Under the pieces are notes generated by a model. That model did not search any database. It saw only the letters and a program-made list of their open reading frames with translations, and was not told the origin of the DNA. A DNA stretch of 64,000 nucleotides from Desulfobacteraceae bacterium. Lineage in GTDB: Bacteria > Desulfobacterota > Desulfobacteria > Desulfobacterales > Desulfosarcinaceae. The translations under genes and the position numbers were made by a program. Below are positions 46,308 through 55,173 of this stretch, piece by piece. The stretch spans positions 2,391-66,390 of the forward strand of contig JASFER010000001.1 of assembly GCA_050124755.1 (NCBI GenBank). Reading direction: 5' to 3'. Numbering within the stretch: position 1 is the stretch's first letter; each line of letters starts with the position of its first letter.

Positions 46308-47518
46308 CCCGGACCATTCTTTTTGTGGATGAAGAAAAATTCGTTCACAAAGCCCTCAAACGCAGTTTCCGAAAGATGCGCCAGGAGTGGGACATGCGTT
46401 TTGCCGCCGGCCCTTCAGAGGCCTTGGAGATTCTGGGCAATGAACCCATGGAGGTGATTGTCACCGAAACGGTTTTTCAAAACCAGAGCGGCTTGGATTT
46501 CTTGAAAATGGTCCGCCAGGGGCACCCTAACAGCGTACGCATCATCCTTTCCGGTTATTCGGACCAGGATGTGGTGCTGAAATCCGTTGATCTGGCCCAT
46601 CAATACCTGGCCAAGCCATGTGAGGATGATGACCTCAAAGCGACCATCAGCAGGGCCTTTATGATTAAAAAGTTGATAAGCCACCAAGGTCTCAGAGAAA
46701 TTGTATCCCGAATCGATTCATTGCCCACCCTGCCGGCGGTCTACATCGAATTGATGGAAGAACTCAAAACCGAAGATGCCTCCATTGAAAAGATCGGTGA
46801 TATCATCTCAAAGGATATTGGGCTTACCGCCAAGATATTGAAGATGGTGAACTCATCCTTTTTCGGCCTGCGCCAACAGATCACCTATCCAGCCAAAGCC
46901 GTAAGCATGCTGGGGCTCGACCTGGTCAAAGCCATGGCGCTGACGTCCGGGACTTTCGACAAATTCAAGCATTTGAAAGTCCCCGGATTCTCATTGGAGC
47001 GGATGTGGGAGCACGCCATGCTCACCAGTGCTTTTGCCAAAATTATCGCACAAGAAGGCGGGATCGACCGCCGGGGCGCCGATACGGTCTTTATGGCCGG
47101 CCTGCTGCATGACATCGGTAAATTGTTAATCGCCGCGCATCTTCCGGACAGCTTTGCCGTTATCAACAAACTGGCCGAAAAAATATCGATCCCCATCGTT
47201 GAGGCCGAAGAAAAGGTCATCGGTACAAACCATTCATGCATCGGCGCTTACCTCCTTGGCTTGTGGGGATTACCTGAGGCCATTCTCGATGCGACGGCAT
47301 TTCACCACAGTCATCATAACTGGTCGGAGGTAAAACTGAACCCAGCCGTCATCATCCATATCGCCGATGCATTGGCCGAATCCGGCGATAATCTCCATCA
47401 ACCCCAGGGAGTTATAGAAGGACTGAACTATGAATACATAGAAAAAGCCGGACTTCTGGCAGACCTGGAAGAGTGGAAAGCTAAATGCGTTAACTTTGTA
47501 ACAAATGGTACGATCTGA
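46304..47518 (+). CDS. Pseudo-receiver + HDOD domain protein
   Basis: The REC-like N-terminus reads FVDEE and VIVTETVF, so Glu occupies the phospho-acceptor position. The HDOD part has LPTLPAVYIEL and LLHDIGKLL. Its ATG overlaps the upstream stop (ATGA). Confidence 0.8.
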   Translation: MTRTILFVDEEKFVHKALKRSFRKMRQEWDMRFAAGPSEALEILGNEPMEVIVTETVFQNQSGLDFLKMVRQGHPNSVRIILSGYSDQDVVLKSVDLAHQYLAKPCEDDDLKATISRAFMIKKLISHQGLREIVSRIDSLPTLPAVYIELMEELKTEDASIEKIGDIISKDIGLTAKILKMVNSSFFGLRQQITYPAKAVSMLGLDLVKAMALTSGTFDKFKHLKVPGFSLERMWEHAMLTSAFAKIIAQEGGIDRRGADTVFMAGLLHDIGKLLIAAHLPDSFAVINKLAEKISIPIVEAEEKVIGTNHSCIGAYLLGLWGLPEAILDATAFHHSHHNWSEVKLNPAVIIHIADALAESGDNLHQPQGVIEGLNYEYIEKAGLLADLEEWKAKCVNFVTNGTI

Positions 47519-47640
47519 TAATCTCGATTTGCCAACATGCCAACTGATTCTTACGTTACTTTTTATAATTTCGCCATAGCGGTTTTCTTGGTCATAAGCG
47601 TTGCCCCGTCAAAGCGGCATTTCAGGCGCGGAGGGAGAAT

Positions 47641-49521
47641 ATGCCCAATCGACTAATACATGAAAAGAGCCCATATCTGTTGCAGCATGCAAACAATCCG
47701 GTGAATTGGTTCCCCTGGGGAGAAGAGGCTTTTGCTACGGCGCGCAAGGAGAATAAGCCGGTTTTTCTCTCAGTGGGATATGCCACCTGCCATTGGTGTC
47801 ATGTGATGGAGCGCGAGTCCTTTGAAGATGAAGAGGCCGCCGCCGCACTCAATAATGCCTTTGTGTGCATCAAGGTTGATCGTGAGGAGCGTCCCGACAT
47901 TGATGCCCTGTACATGACAGCCTGCCAGATGATTTCCGGCTCTGGTGGATGGCCGTTGAATGTCATCATGACACCGGATAAAAAACCCTTTTTTGCGGGT
48001 ACTTATATGCCCAGGCGCAGCCGGTTCGGCCGTCCAGGCCTCATGGAGGTGTGCCGGCAAATTCAGTCTCTCTGGCAAAACGATCCCAAACGCGTATTGG
48101 ACGCTGCCGACGGGATCACCGGCCACTTGGATCAAGCCTTAACCATTGCGTCGGACGACGGGGCTGATCTCACCATGGATCATTTGGATCAGGCCTTTGC
48201 CCAGATATCCCAAAGTTTTGACTCCCAATACGGGGGGTTTGATCCGGCACCTAAGTTTCCCACGCCCCACCGCCTGCTGTTTTTGTTGAAGCACCGCTTT
48301 CGCACCGGTAATGACCACGCCCTGAAGATGGTCACCCACACCCTCACTGCCATGCGCCGGGGTGGATTGTGGGATCATGTGGGCTTCGGTTTTCACCGCT
48401 ATTCCACAGACGCGCGTTGGCTTTTGCCCCATTTTGAGAAAATGCTCTATGATCAGGCCCTGTTGGCCAATGCCTATCTGGAGACTTACCATGTGACCTG
48501 CAACGCGTTCTTTGCCCGAACCGCCGAAGAGATCTTCACCTATGTCTTACGGGAGATGACCCATCCCCAGGGTGGTTTTTACACGGCCGAAGATGCCGAC
48601 AGCGAAGGCGAAGAAGGAAAATTCTATGTCTGGTCCTGGGATGAGTTTGACAAGATTTCGAGAGCGGCTGCGGAACGCATTCCTTGGTACGAGATTTTCA
48701 ATCTGCGGCCCGAAGGCAATTTCACCGATCAGGTCACCCATCAAAAGAGCGGGGACAACATTCCTCATCTGACGCGGTCTTGGGAGCGATGGGCAAACAC
48801 CCTGGATGTTGCGCCCCAATGGCTGACCGATCGGTGGGAAGTATTTCGTGACAAGCTGTTCCACCATCGCAAACAGCGGGTGCCGCCCTTGAAGGACGAC
48901 AAGGTGTTGACGGACTGGAACGGCTTGATGGTGGCAGCCTTGGCACTGGGGGCGCGGGTGCTGGGACGGCAACACTACGCCGTCGCCGCTGAGAAAGCCG
49001 TCACCTTTATTCAATCCCGGTTGACAGATGATAACGGCCGCCTGCAGCATCGCTATCGGGACGGCCAGGCCGCCATTGACGGGCAGGCCGGAGATTATGC
49101 CTTTTTGATCATGGGATTGATCGAATTGTACCGCACCACTTTCAAGACCCACCATCTGGCCTATGCCATTGCGTTGCAGCAAAAGATGGATACCGACTTT
49201 TGGGACAGCGACCGGGGCGGTTATTATTTGATTGATGCAGGAAATACAGAACTGCCTGTTCGACCCAAAGAGCTCTACGACGGCGCCATGCCTTCGGCCA
49301 ACTCCGTAGCCCTTTCCAATCTGATGCTGCTTGCCCGCCTGACCGGCAACCCGGATTGGGAAGCGCGCGCCCATCGGTTGACCCGCGCCTTTGCTTCAAC
49401 CGTCGCACGTCAGCCGGCGGCATTTACCCATTTTTTAAACGGATTGGACTTGGCCTTGCGTCCGGGCAGGGAAGTGGTGGCGACCGGGAACGAAGCAGGT
49501 GCCGACACCCGTGTCATTTAA
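47641..49521 (+). CDS. Thioredoxin-domain (DUF255) / six-hairpin glycosidase-like protein, YyaL family
   Basis: The N-terminus reads [29 protein letters not shown] and carries the CHWCH motif. The protein is 626 aa and appears C-terminally short for the family. Confidence 0.75.
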   Translation: MPNRLIHEKSPYLLQHANNPVNWFPWGEEAFATARKENKPVFLSVGYATCHWCHVMERESFEDEEAAAALNNAFVCIKVDREERPDIDALYMTACQMISGSGGWPLNVIMTPDKKPFFAGTYMPRRSRFGRPGLMEVCRQIQSLWQNDPKRVLDAADGITGHLDQALTIASDDGADLTMDHLDQAFAQISQSFDSQYGGFDPAPKFPTPHRLLFLLKHRFRTGNDHALKMVTHTLTAMRRGGLWDHVGFGFHRYSTDARWLLPHFEKMLYDQALLANAYLETYHVTCNAFFARTAEEIFTYVLREMTHPQGGFYTAEDADSEGEEGKFYVWSWDEFDKISRAAAERIPWYEIFNLRPEGNFTDQVTHQKSGDNIPHLTRSWERWANTLDVAPQWLTDRWEVFRDKLFHHRKQRVPPLKDDKVLTDWNGLMVAALALGARVLGRQHYAVAAEKAVTFIQSRLTDDNGRLQHRYRDGQAAIDGQAGDYAFLIMGLIELYRTTFKTHHLAYAIALQQKMDTDFWDSDRGGYYLIDAGNTELPVRPKELYDGAMPSANSVALSNLMLLARLTGNPDWEARAHRLTRAFASTVARQPAAFTHFLNGLDLALRPGREVVATGNEAGADTRVI

Positions 49522-49582
49522 GAGACGTTGCAGACCGCCTGCGTGCCCCATTTGTCTACTAATTTCAAATAAGGACCGCTTC

Positions 49583-50398
49583 ATGCGTATCAAAGACCTC
49601 AGCCCTGAAGCACTGCGTCAATTCATCCAGGACCATCACGAAAAAGAGTATGCCCTCATCGATGTCCGCCAGCCCGGGGAGTACGAACATGGGCATATTC
49701 CCGGCGCTCGCCTGATTCCCCTGCCGGAATTGGTCCAAACCATGGAGGCGCTTCCCAGGGATAAAAAAATGGTGTTTTACTGCCACAGCGGTGCCAGATC
49801 CATGGCGGCTGCATCCATGGTGGCCGAAGAAAACATTGGCTCGGGCGATCTTCTCAATTTAGCCGGCGGCATGCTGGCATGGGATGGTGGGGTTGCCGAG
49901 GATTATCCCAATGCCCGGCTGTTTCCTTGGCAGGCAGCGCCTTCGGAGATGCTGAAAACAGCCATGAACCTGGAAAAAGGTGCACTTCACTTTTACACCC
50001 ACGTGAGTGAGCAATATCAAGATCAGCCATGGGTAAAGGTTTTTGTCCACCTGGCCAAGGAAGAACTGGGGCATGCCAGGACCGTTTACCGGTTCTGGCG
50101 GCAGATTGAGACGGACGGTGGTGAGTTCCACACGGTCTTTGAAGCCCTTTCCGGAGAAGTGCTGGAAGGGGGCATAAAACTCAGCGAGGCCATGAACAAG
50201 CTGGTCGATATCAAGAACCGGGTCTGCCTGCGTTTGATTGAAATGGCCTTGAGCATTGAATATGCCGCCTTTGATCTTTATCGCACCATGGCTGATCGCA
50301 TTACGGCCCCCGATGCCCAGGAGGCCTTCATCACCATCGCTCAGGCGGAAAAAGCCCACATGCGTTCATTGGCCAAGGCCATTGAGCATTGCGGCTAG
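49583..50398 (+). CDS. Rhodanese domain fused to a ferritin-like (rubrerythrin-type four-helix) domain
   Basis: The rhodanese part has DVRQPGEYEHGHIPGA and the active-site loop CHSGARS. The C-terminal half has E..H-type motifs (KEELGHARTV, AQAEKAHMRSL). The start was chosen at M29 of the track ORF. Confidence 0.6.
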   Translation: MRIKDLSPEALRQFIQDHHEKEYALIDVRQPGEYEHGHIPGARLIPLPELVQTMEALPRDKKMVFYCHSGARSMAAASMVAEENIGSGDLLNLAGGMLAWDGGVAEDYPNARLFPWQAAPSEMLKTAMNLEKGALHFYTHVSEQYQDQPWVKVFVHLAKEELGHARTVYRFWRQIETDGGEFHTVFEALSGEVLEGGIKLSEAMNKLVDIKNRVCLRLIEMALSIEYAAFDLYRTMADRITAPDAQEAFITIAQAEKAHMRSLAKAIEHCG

Positions 50399-50428
50399 CC
50401 CAGACCTTGTAAAAGAGAAGGGCATGCC

Positions 50429-51223
50429 ATGATCGGAGCCATTGCCGGTGATATCATCGGATCGGTTTATGAGCACCGCCCCGTCAAAACCAAAGATTTC
50501 CCTCTTTTCGGTCCTATGAGCCGATTCACTGACGATACGGTTTTGACGGTTGCTGTAGCGGACGCCATCATTTCCGGTAGACCCTACTTAGAGTCGATTC
50601 ACCGAATCGGCCGTCGTTATCCTGATGCCGGCTATGGCGGGACCTTTATCCGGTGGCTTTTTTCGAGTACGCCCAAACCGTACAACAGCTGGGGAAACGG
50701 CGCCGCCATGCGTGTCAGTCCGGTGGGATTTGCCTTCCGGTCAGAGGAGGATGTCCTTCGGCACGCCGAGATGTCGGCGGCCATATCCCACAATCATCCC
50801 GAGGGTATTAAAGGCGCGCAAGCCACGGCCTTGGCTGTGTTCCTGGCCCGCAGGGGAACGCCTAAGGAGGCGATTCGGGCCCGAATCGCGAGAGACTTTG
50901 GCTATCATTTAAATCGCACGGTGGAAGAAATCCGCCCCACCTACACCTTTGACATATCCTGTCAAGGAACGGTTCCGGAGGCCATCATCGCCTTTCTCGA
51001 CTCCGATTCCTACGAAGATGCCGTTCGAAATGCCGTTTCCCTCGGCGGTGACAGCGACACTCTGGCGTGTATCGCCGGCGGTATTGCTGAAGCCTTCTAT
51101 GGTGAAATCCCTAAAACGATTCAGGAGCGCGTGATGAATTGCCTGACGCCGGATTTGCGGAAGATAACGGAAGCATTTTGCACGGCTGTTCGTCAGGGAC
51201 ATCTCCCTTCCAAATCGATCTAA
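50429..51223 (+). CDS. ADP-ribosylglycohydrolase family protein
   Basis: Motifs GAIAGDIIGS, FTDDT, WGNGAAMR and GGDSDTLACIAG are present. Confidence 0.8.
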   Translation: MIGAIAGDIIGSVYEHRPVKTKDFPLFGPMSRFTDDTVLTVAVADAIISGRPYLESIHRIGRRYPDAGYGGTFIRWLFSSTPKPYNSWGNGAAMRVSPVGFAFRSEEDVLRHAEMSAAISHNHPEGIKGAQATALAVFLARRGTPKEAIRARIARDFGYHLNRTVEEIRPTYTFDISCQGTVPEAIIAFLDSDSYEDAVRNAVSLGGDSDTLACIAGGIAEAFYGEIPKTIQERVMNCLTPDLRKITEAFCTAVRQGHLPSKSI

Positions 51224-51233
51224 TATTTCACGC

Positions 51234-51272
51234 TTGGACATTCGACATTCCTCGTTCGATATTCTGCGGTTC
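51234..51272 (-). repeat. Fragment (single arm) of the palindromic element, copy E
   Basis: TTGGACATTCGACATTCCTCGTTCGATATTCTGCGGTTC matches the right arm of copy D (CATTCCTTGTTCGATATTCTGCGGTTC) and also carries a TTGGAC heptamer. Confidence 0.6.
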
Positions 51273-52246
51273 TATTGCTTTTCCCCCGGATTGAGCAACC
51301 GGTCGATATCCTTTTCGAACTTTTCCACGCGGCTTTTATGCAGAATGAACGCATATGGCGTGCCCGAGGAAACCGCCGGGAATTCAATGCTCTCTTCGCT
51401 CGCTTTTTTGAACACCGAGAGGGTATGATCCGCATTTTCTGAATTCAAGGTCACCGTCCAGGCGGGATTTTGCAGACCGTCCCTGGCATTGTCTTCCAGG
51501 TAGTCGTCGCATTTGAGCCTGGAGAGATCGTTGATCAGGCTTTCCACAACTGCTTGCCGGGCAACAGTGCCGTTTGAATCCATCCATTGAATTTTGGTTT
51601 GAGGGTTCTGCTCCTCTTTTTTCTCGTCGGTTGGTGTTTCTTTTTCCTGAAGCACTTCTTGCTTGGTTAAGGTGAGGTTTTGTTTGCCCTTGGCAATGGT
51701 CAGGCCTGTTATATCGCTTTTTTCATAAGCCAGCACCGTTTCATCGCGCAGATCATCCACCGTGTTGTCGAAAGTGAAGTGAAGGTTCCCCCGGGCATGG
51801 TAGACCTTGGGGTCATCAGCCAGCCGGACAAAAGTATGCTGGCTGGTGGGCGCCTGACGGCCGATGGCGAAATCGCGCAAAATCTCCTTGTCTGCAAAAG
51901 CCTGGACGCGCACCTTTTTATCGTCGGCAAGATCGTAGCGTTCGTAGTTTTCGGATTCGGAAACCAAGGCCGTGATGGACAGGTCCACAGCGGCCTTGAG
52001 CATGTTTTTAACCTTGATGCTATCCGCCTTGTAGGCTTTGGGGCCGAAGGTCCACTGATCGTCCTTTTTGTTGAGTTCAATGGTGCCGTCGCTTTTGCCG
52101 ATCACAAGGCGGTTGATTTTATTGCTCTCCACTTCCGACAACCGGGGCAGTTCGAAGTGGGTTTGGTCTTTGGAGCGCATCATCAGGTAGGCGCCCAAGG
52201 CTGCGATGACCAATAACAGAATCAGATACTCTTTTTTCAGTTTCAT
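51272..52246 (-). CDS. DUF4340-like protein (accessory component of GldG-type ABC clusters)
   Basis: It has an N-terminal TM anchor followed by a beta-rich repeat pattern. It is the last gene of the ABC/GldG cluster. Confidence 0.6.
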   Translation of the reverse strand: MKLKKEYLILLLVIAALGAYLMMRSKDQTHFELPRLSEVESNKINRLVIGKSDGTIELNKKDDQWTFGPKAYKADSIKVKNMLKAAVDLSITALVSESENYERYDLADDKKVRVQAFADKEILRDFAIGRQAPTSQHTFVRLADDPKVYHARGNLHFTFDNTVDDLRDETVLAYEKSDITGLTIAKGKQNLTLTKQEVLQEKETPTDEKKEEQNPQTKIQWMDSNGTVARQAVVESLINDLSRLKCDDYLEDNARDGLQNPAWTVTLNSENADHTLSVFKKASEESIEFPAVSSGTPYAFILHKSRVEKFEKDIDRLLNPGEKQ

Positions 52247-52270
52247 GGTGAACCTCGATGCTTGGGTTGT

Positions 52271-54454
52271 CTACGCGTGAAACAGCATTTGAATTCGTTT
52301 CCGACGGGTGTGGCGGCGCATCCAGACCAGAAGCCCGAATCCCACCACAAGAATGGGAAGTCCGACGATGTTGACGGTCTTGACGATGGTTTTGGTGGCC
52401 GGGGTGGTCTCCTCCAGAGGATTGGACTGCCGCACTTTGCTGCGCATGGCGGCTATGGATTCCCGGCCATTAAGAGCGTCGATCATGTTCAGGATAAACA
52501 CGGCATTGGTGCTGCGGCCATCTTCATCCAACAGTTGATCTTTCACAACTTCCGCAGACGCCACAATAAAAATTCTGGAGGGGGGACTTTGCTCCCGAAA
52601 AGCGCCTTTTTCCGTAATTTGAGAGAGATCGGTTTTGGCCTCTTCTTTGGGTTCATCCGCTTCACCCTCTTTTTTCTCCACCGGCTTTTCAGGCATGGGT
52701 TTGTCTTTGAAATAGCTGGTAAAGGTTCCCTCCAGCAGGTAAGCCAGCGGCAAACTGGCCATCTCTTTATCCGTGGCCGGCGGGCGCAGAAACATGGGGT
52801 TCAGGGTAATGCGATCCCGCATCTCCCAGGAACGCTTGGATGAGGCCAGAAGCTGATGGGCCGTGACCTTCTGCGCATCAAGGCGCTCGCGGTCCAACTC
52901 CAATGGCGATATTTTTAATGTGACCAAGGCCTTGATGCCTTTGATAAAATCCAGCTTCTGGTTGATTCGTTCATTTTCAATGATGGGGGCAAAATAGATG
53001 GGCTGTTCTCCTCCGCCCTGTTGTGGCGCCAGACGCTGGCGGTAGCACTTTTCGTCCAGCACCAGGGACTTTTTAATGCGCACGCCATAATGGGCCAACA
53101 GCTTTTCCAGGCCGGTATCCACAGGCACAAAGGTGGGCATTTGGTTGGCCATAAAGGGCTGCTGGCCGGGGGGCCGTTGCTCTTTGAAGATGTCTGCGAA
53201 AATAGCCAGATTGGTGCCGTGCATCAGTGCCTGATCGATTTGATAGAGGTCGTAGTCGGAGAATTTTTCCGTGGGCCGCGCGATAACCAGGCATTTGAGG
53301 CCGTCCGGAATGTTTCTCTCTTTCAGACTGATGGGTTTGAGTGTGTAGCTCCTGCTGACCAGCGAATTAAAACGGCCGATGGTCTCATCCGTTTGGGGGG
53401 CCATGGGGCCCAGGCTGAAGGTGGACAGGGTGCCGTGATCGGCCAAGTATCCCAGGTCCTCATTAATGTTCACCAGACGCTCCAGGTTGACGTTGATTTG
53501 CTCTTCAACAGTGGCCATGTCGGCCAGTTGGTATTGGGTGCCGAAAATGGGCAGCCGCAAAACCTGCAACAGGGGAATCACGCGAACATCTTGCTTGTAC
53601 TGGACAATCAACCCGATAAAGCCATTTCCAGGCTCAATGTTGGCCTTTTCGATGGCCGGCCAATTCAGCTCCATAATGTCCAGTTTTTCAATCTCCTTGC
53701 CCTGATCAGGCGTCATGGTGGGATCGATTCTGGAGAACGTAAGCTTGTTATAGGTCTTGGGATTCAGCTTATCGACGATCTCTTTGATCTGTTCGGAATA
53801 GGTTTTGAGCTGATTCAACCCCATGTAAGGGGCCACCTGGTTGATCGAAGAGGAGAGCACCAGTTTGATCTGGACGTTCTCTTCCAGTTTGAGCAAGGCG
53901 CTGACTTTGTTGTTGAGCTTTTGAATCGCCGTGGTCAGCCGGTATTCCAGTCTCTCCGTCGAGGTGATGGTCGGAATGCGTTCAATAATATCGCCGTGGA
54001 TGAGCACAAGACCCATATAGGCTTTTTTAAATTTGAGCTCATCTTGTTCGATCATCTGAATCTGAACCGGATTGATGCCATAGTCCCTGGCCATCTGGCG
54101 GTTTATCCCGGCGTCGTCACTGCCCATACCTTCGGTCTCGGCGCTCACGTTGTAAAAACGGTAATTGAAGTATTTATTGCTGTGCAGGCTGTACTCCTTG
54201 AGCATGTCTTGCAGATATTTTTCGGTGTTGTTATGGGGCGCAGGCAGATCCTTGGTGAAAAAAACCTTAATGGTCAGCGGTTCGGATAGGGTGGACACTA
54301 CTTGTTTGCTGACATCGGACAGGGAGTAGATTCCGTTTTTTGTCAGATCCCCTCTGAAAAAGAGGGTCAAACCCGCCACATTGATGAGCACGAGGACCAC
54401 GATATACAACAATAGTTTAATATATTTGGCATACCTTTCGGAGGTGGCATTCAT
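52271..54454 (-). CDS. GldG-like ABC-transport auxiliary component
   Basis: 727 aa with N- and C-terminal TM anchors. The N-terminus LTKNGIYSLSDVSKQVVSTLSEPLTIKVFFT is typical of GldG. Confidence 0.7.
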   Translation of the reverse strand: MNATSERYAKYIKLLLYIVVLVLINVAGLTLFFRGDLTKNGIYSLSDVSKQVVSTLSEPLTIKVFFTKDLPAPHNNTEKYLQDMLKEYSLHSNKYFNYRFYNVSAETEGMGSDDAGINRQMARDYGINPVQIQMIEQDELKFKKAYMGLVLIHGDIIERIPTITSTERLEYRLTTAIQKLNNKVSALLKLEENVQIKLVLSSSINQVAPYMGLNQLKTYSEQIKEIVDKLNPKTYNKLTFSRIDPTMTPDQGKEIEKLDIMELNWPAIEKANIEPGNGFIGLIVQYKQDVRVIPLLQVLRLPIFGTQYQLADMATVEEQINVNLERLVNINEDLGYLADHGTLSTFSLGPMAPQTDETIGRFNSLVSRSYTLKPISLKERNIPDGLKCLVIARPTEKFSDYDLYQIDQALMHGTNLAIFADIFKEQRPPGQQPFMANQMPTFVPVDTGLEKLLAHYGVRIKKSLVLDEKCYRQRLAPQQGGGEQPIYFAPIIENERINQKLDFIKGIKALVTLKISPLELDRERLDAQKVTAHQLLASSKRSWEMRDRITLNPMFLRPPATDKEMASLPLAYLLEGTFTSYFKDKPMPEKPVEKKEGEADEPKEEAKTDLSQITEKGAFREQSPPSRIFIVASAEVVKDQLLDEDGRSTNAVFILNMIDALNGRESIAAMRSKVRQSNPLEETTPATKTIVKTVNIVGLPILVVGFGLLVWMRRHTRRKRIQMLFHA

Positions 54455-54467
54455 ACGATATTCCCCT

Positions 54468-55172
54468 TTACTTTTTTTCCAGCATCACTAGGTGGGTGGC
54501 GTACAACCCCATAAACATCATACTTAAAAAATAGACAATATCGCGGGTATCAACAATCCCTTTGGCGATGTTCTCAAAATGGATGGCGGAGCTCAGGTAA
54601 GCAAATACGCCCAGGGTTGAGTGTGGAAAGAAGAAGAGCATTCTGTCGATGATGGAAAGAAGGAAGCAAATCACCATGCCGACAATCAGTGCAATGATCT
54701 GGTTGCGAGTCAGCGATGATGCAAACAAACCAATAGCCACGTAGGCTGCACCCAATAGAATGGATCCAAGGTAGGAGCCGGCCACCACTCCCCAGTCCAG
54801 ATCTCCAAAAAAGCTGATAAAGATGGGATAAGCCAGGGTGGGGATCAAAATGGCCGCTACAAAGGCCACGCCAGCCAGAAATTTACCCACAATAATGTCC
54901 CGGAAAGTGACCGGCATGGTGAGCAGGATTTCGTAAGATCCAACATTGAGTTCTTCCGAAAACAGCCGCATAGTGATGGCGGGCACTACAAAGGCAAAAA
55001 TAAAGGGCAGCAGATTGAAAAAAAGCCGCAGGTCGACTTGACCGTAAATAAAAAACTTCGAAAAAAACAGCCATCCGGTCACAAAGAGAAAAATGGCAAT
55101 GACGATATAGGCAATGGGCGATATAAAATAGTCCTTAAACTCTTTGTTGAAGATAAGCCATGTCTGACGCAT
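54468..55172 (-). CDS. ABC-2 type transporter permease (GldF-like)
   Basis: 234 aa with 6 predicted TM segments. The N-terminus is FKDYFISPIAYIV. Confidence 0.7.
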   Translation of the reverse strand: MRQTWLIFNKEFKDYFISPIAYIVIAIFLFVTGWLFFSKFFIYGQVDLRLFFNLLPFIFAFVVPAITMRLFSEELNVGSYEILLTMPVTFRDIIVGKFLAGVAFVAAILIPTLAYPIFISFFGDLDWGVVAGSYLGSILLGAAYVAIGLFASSLTRNQIIALIVGMVICFLLSIIDRMLFFFPHSTLGVFAYLSSAIHFENIAKGIVDTRDIVYFLSMMFMGLYATHLVMLEKK

Positions 55173-55173
55173 A

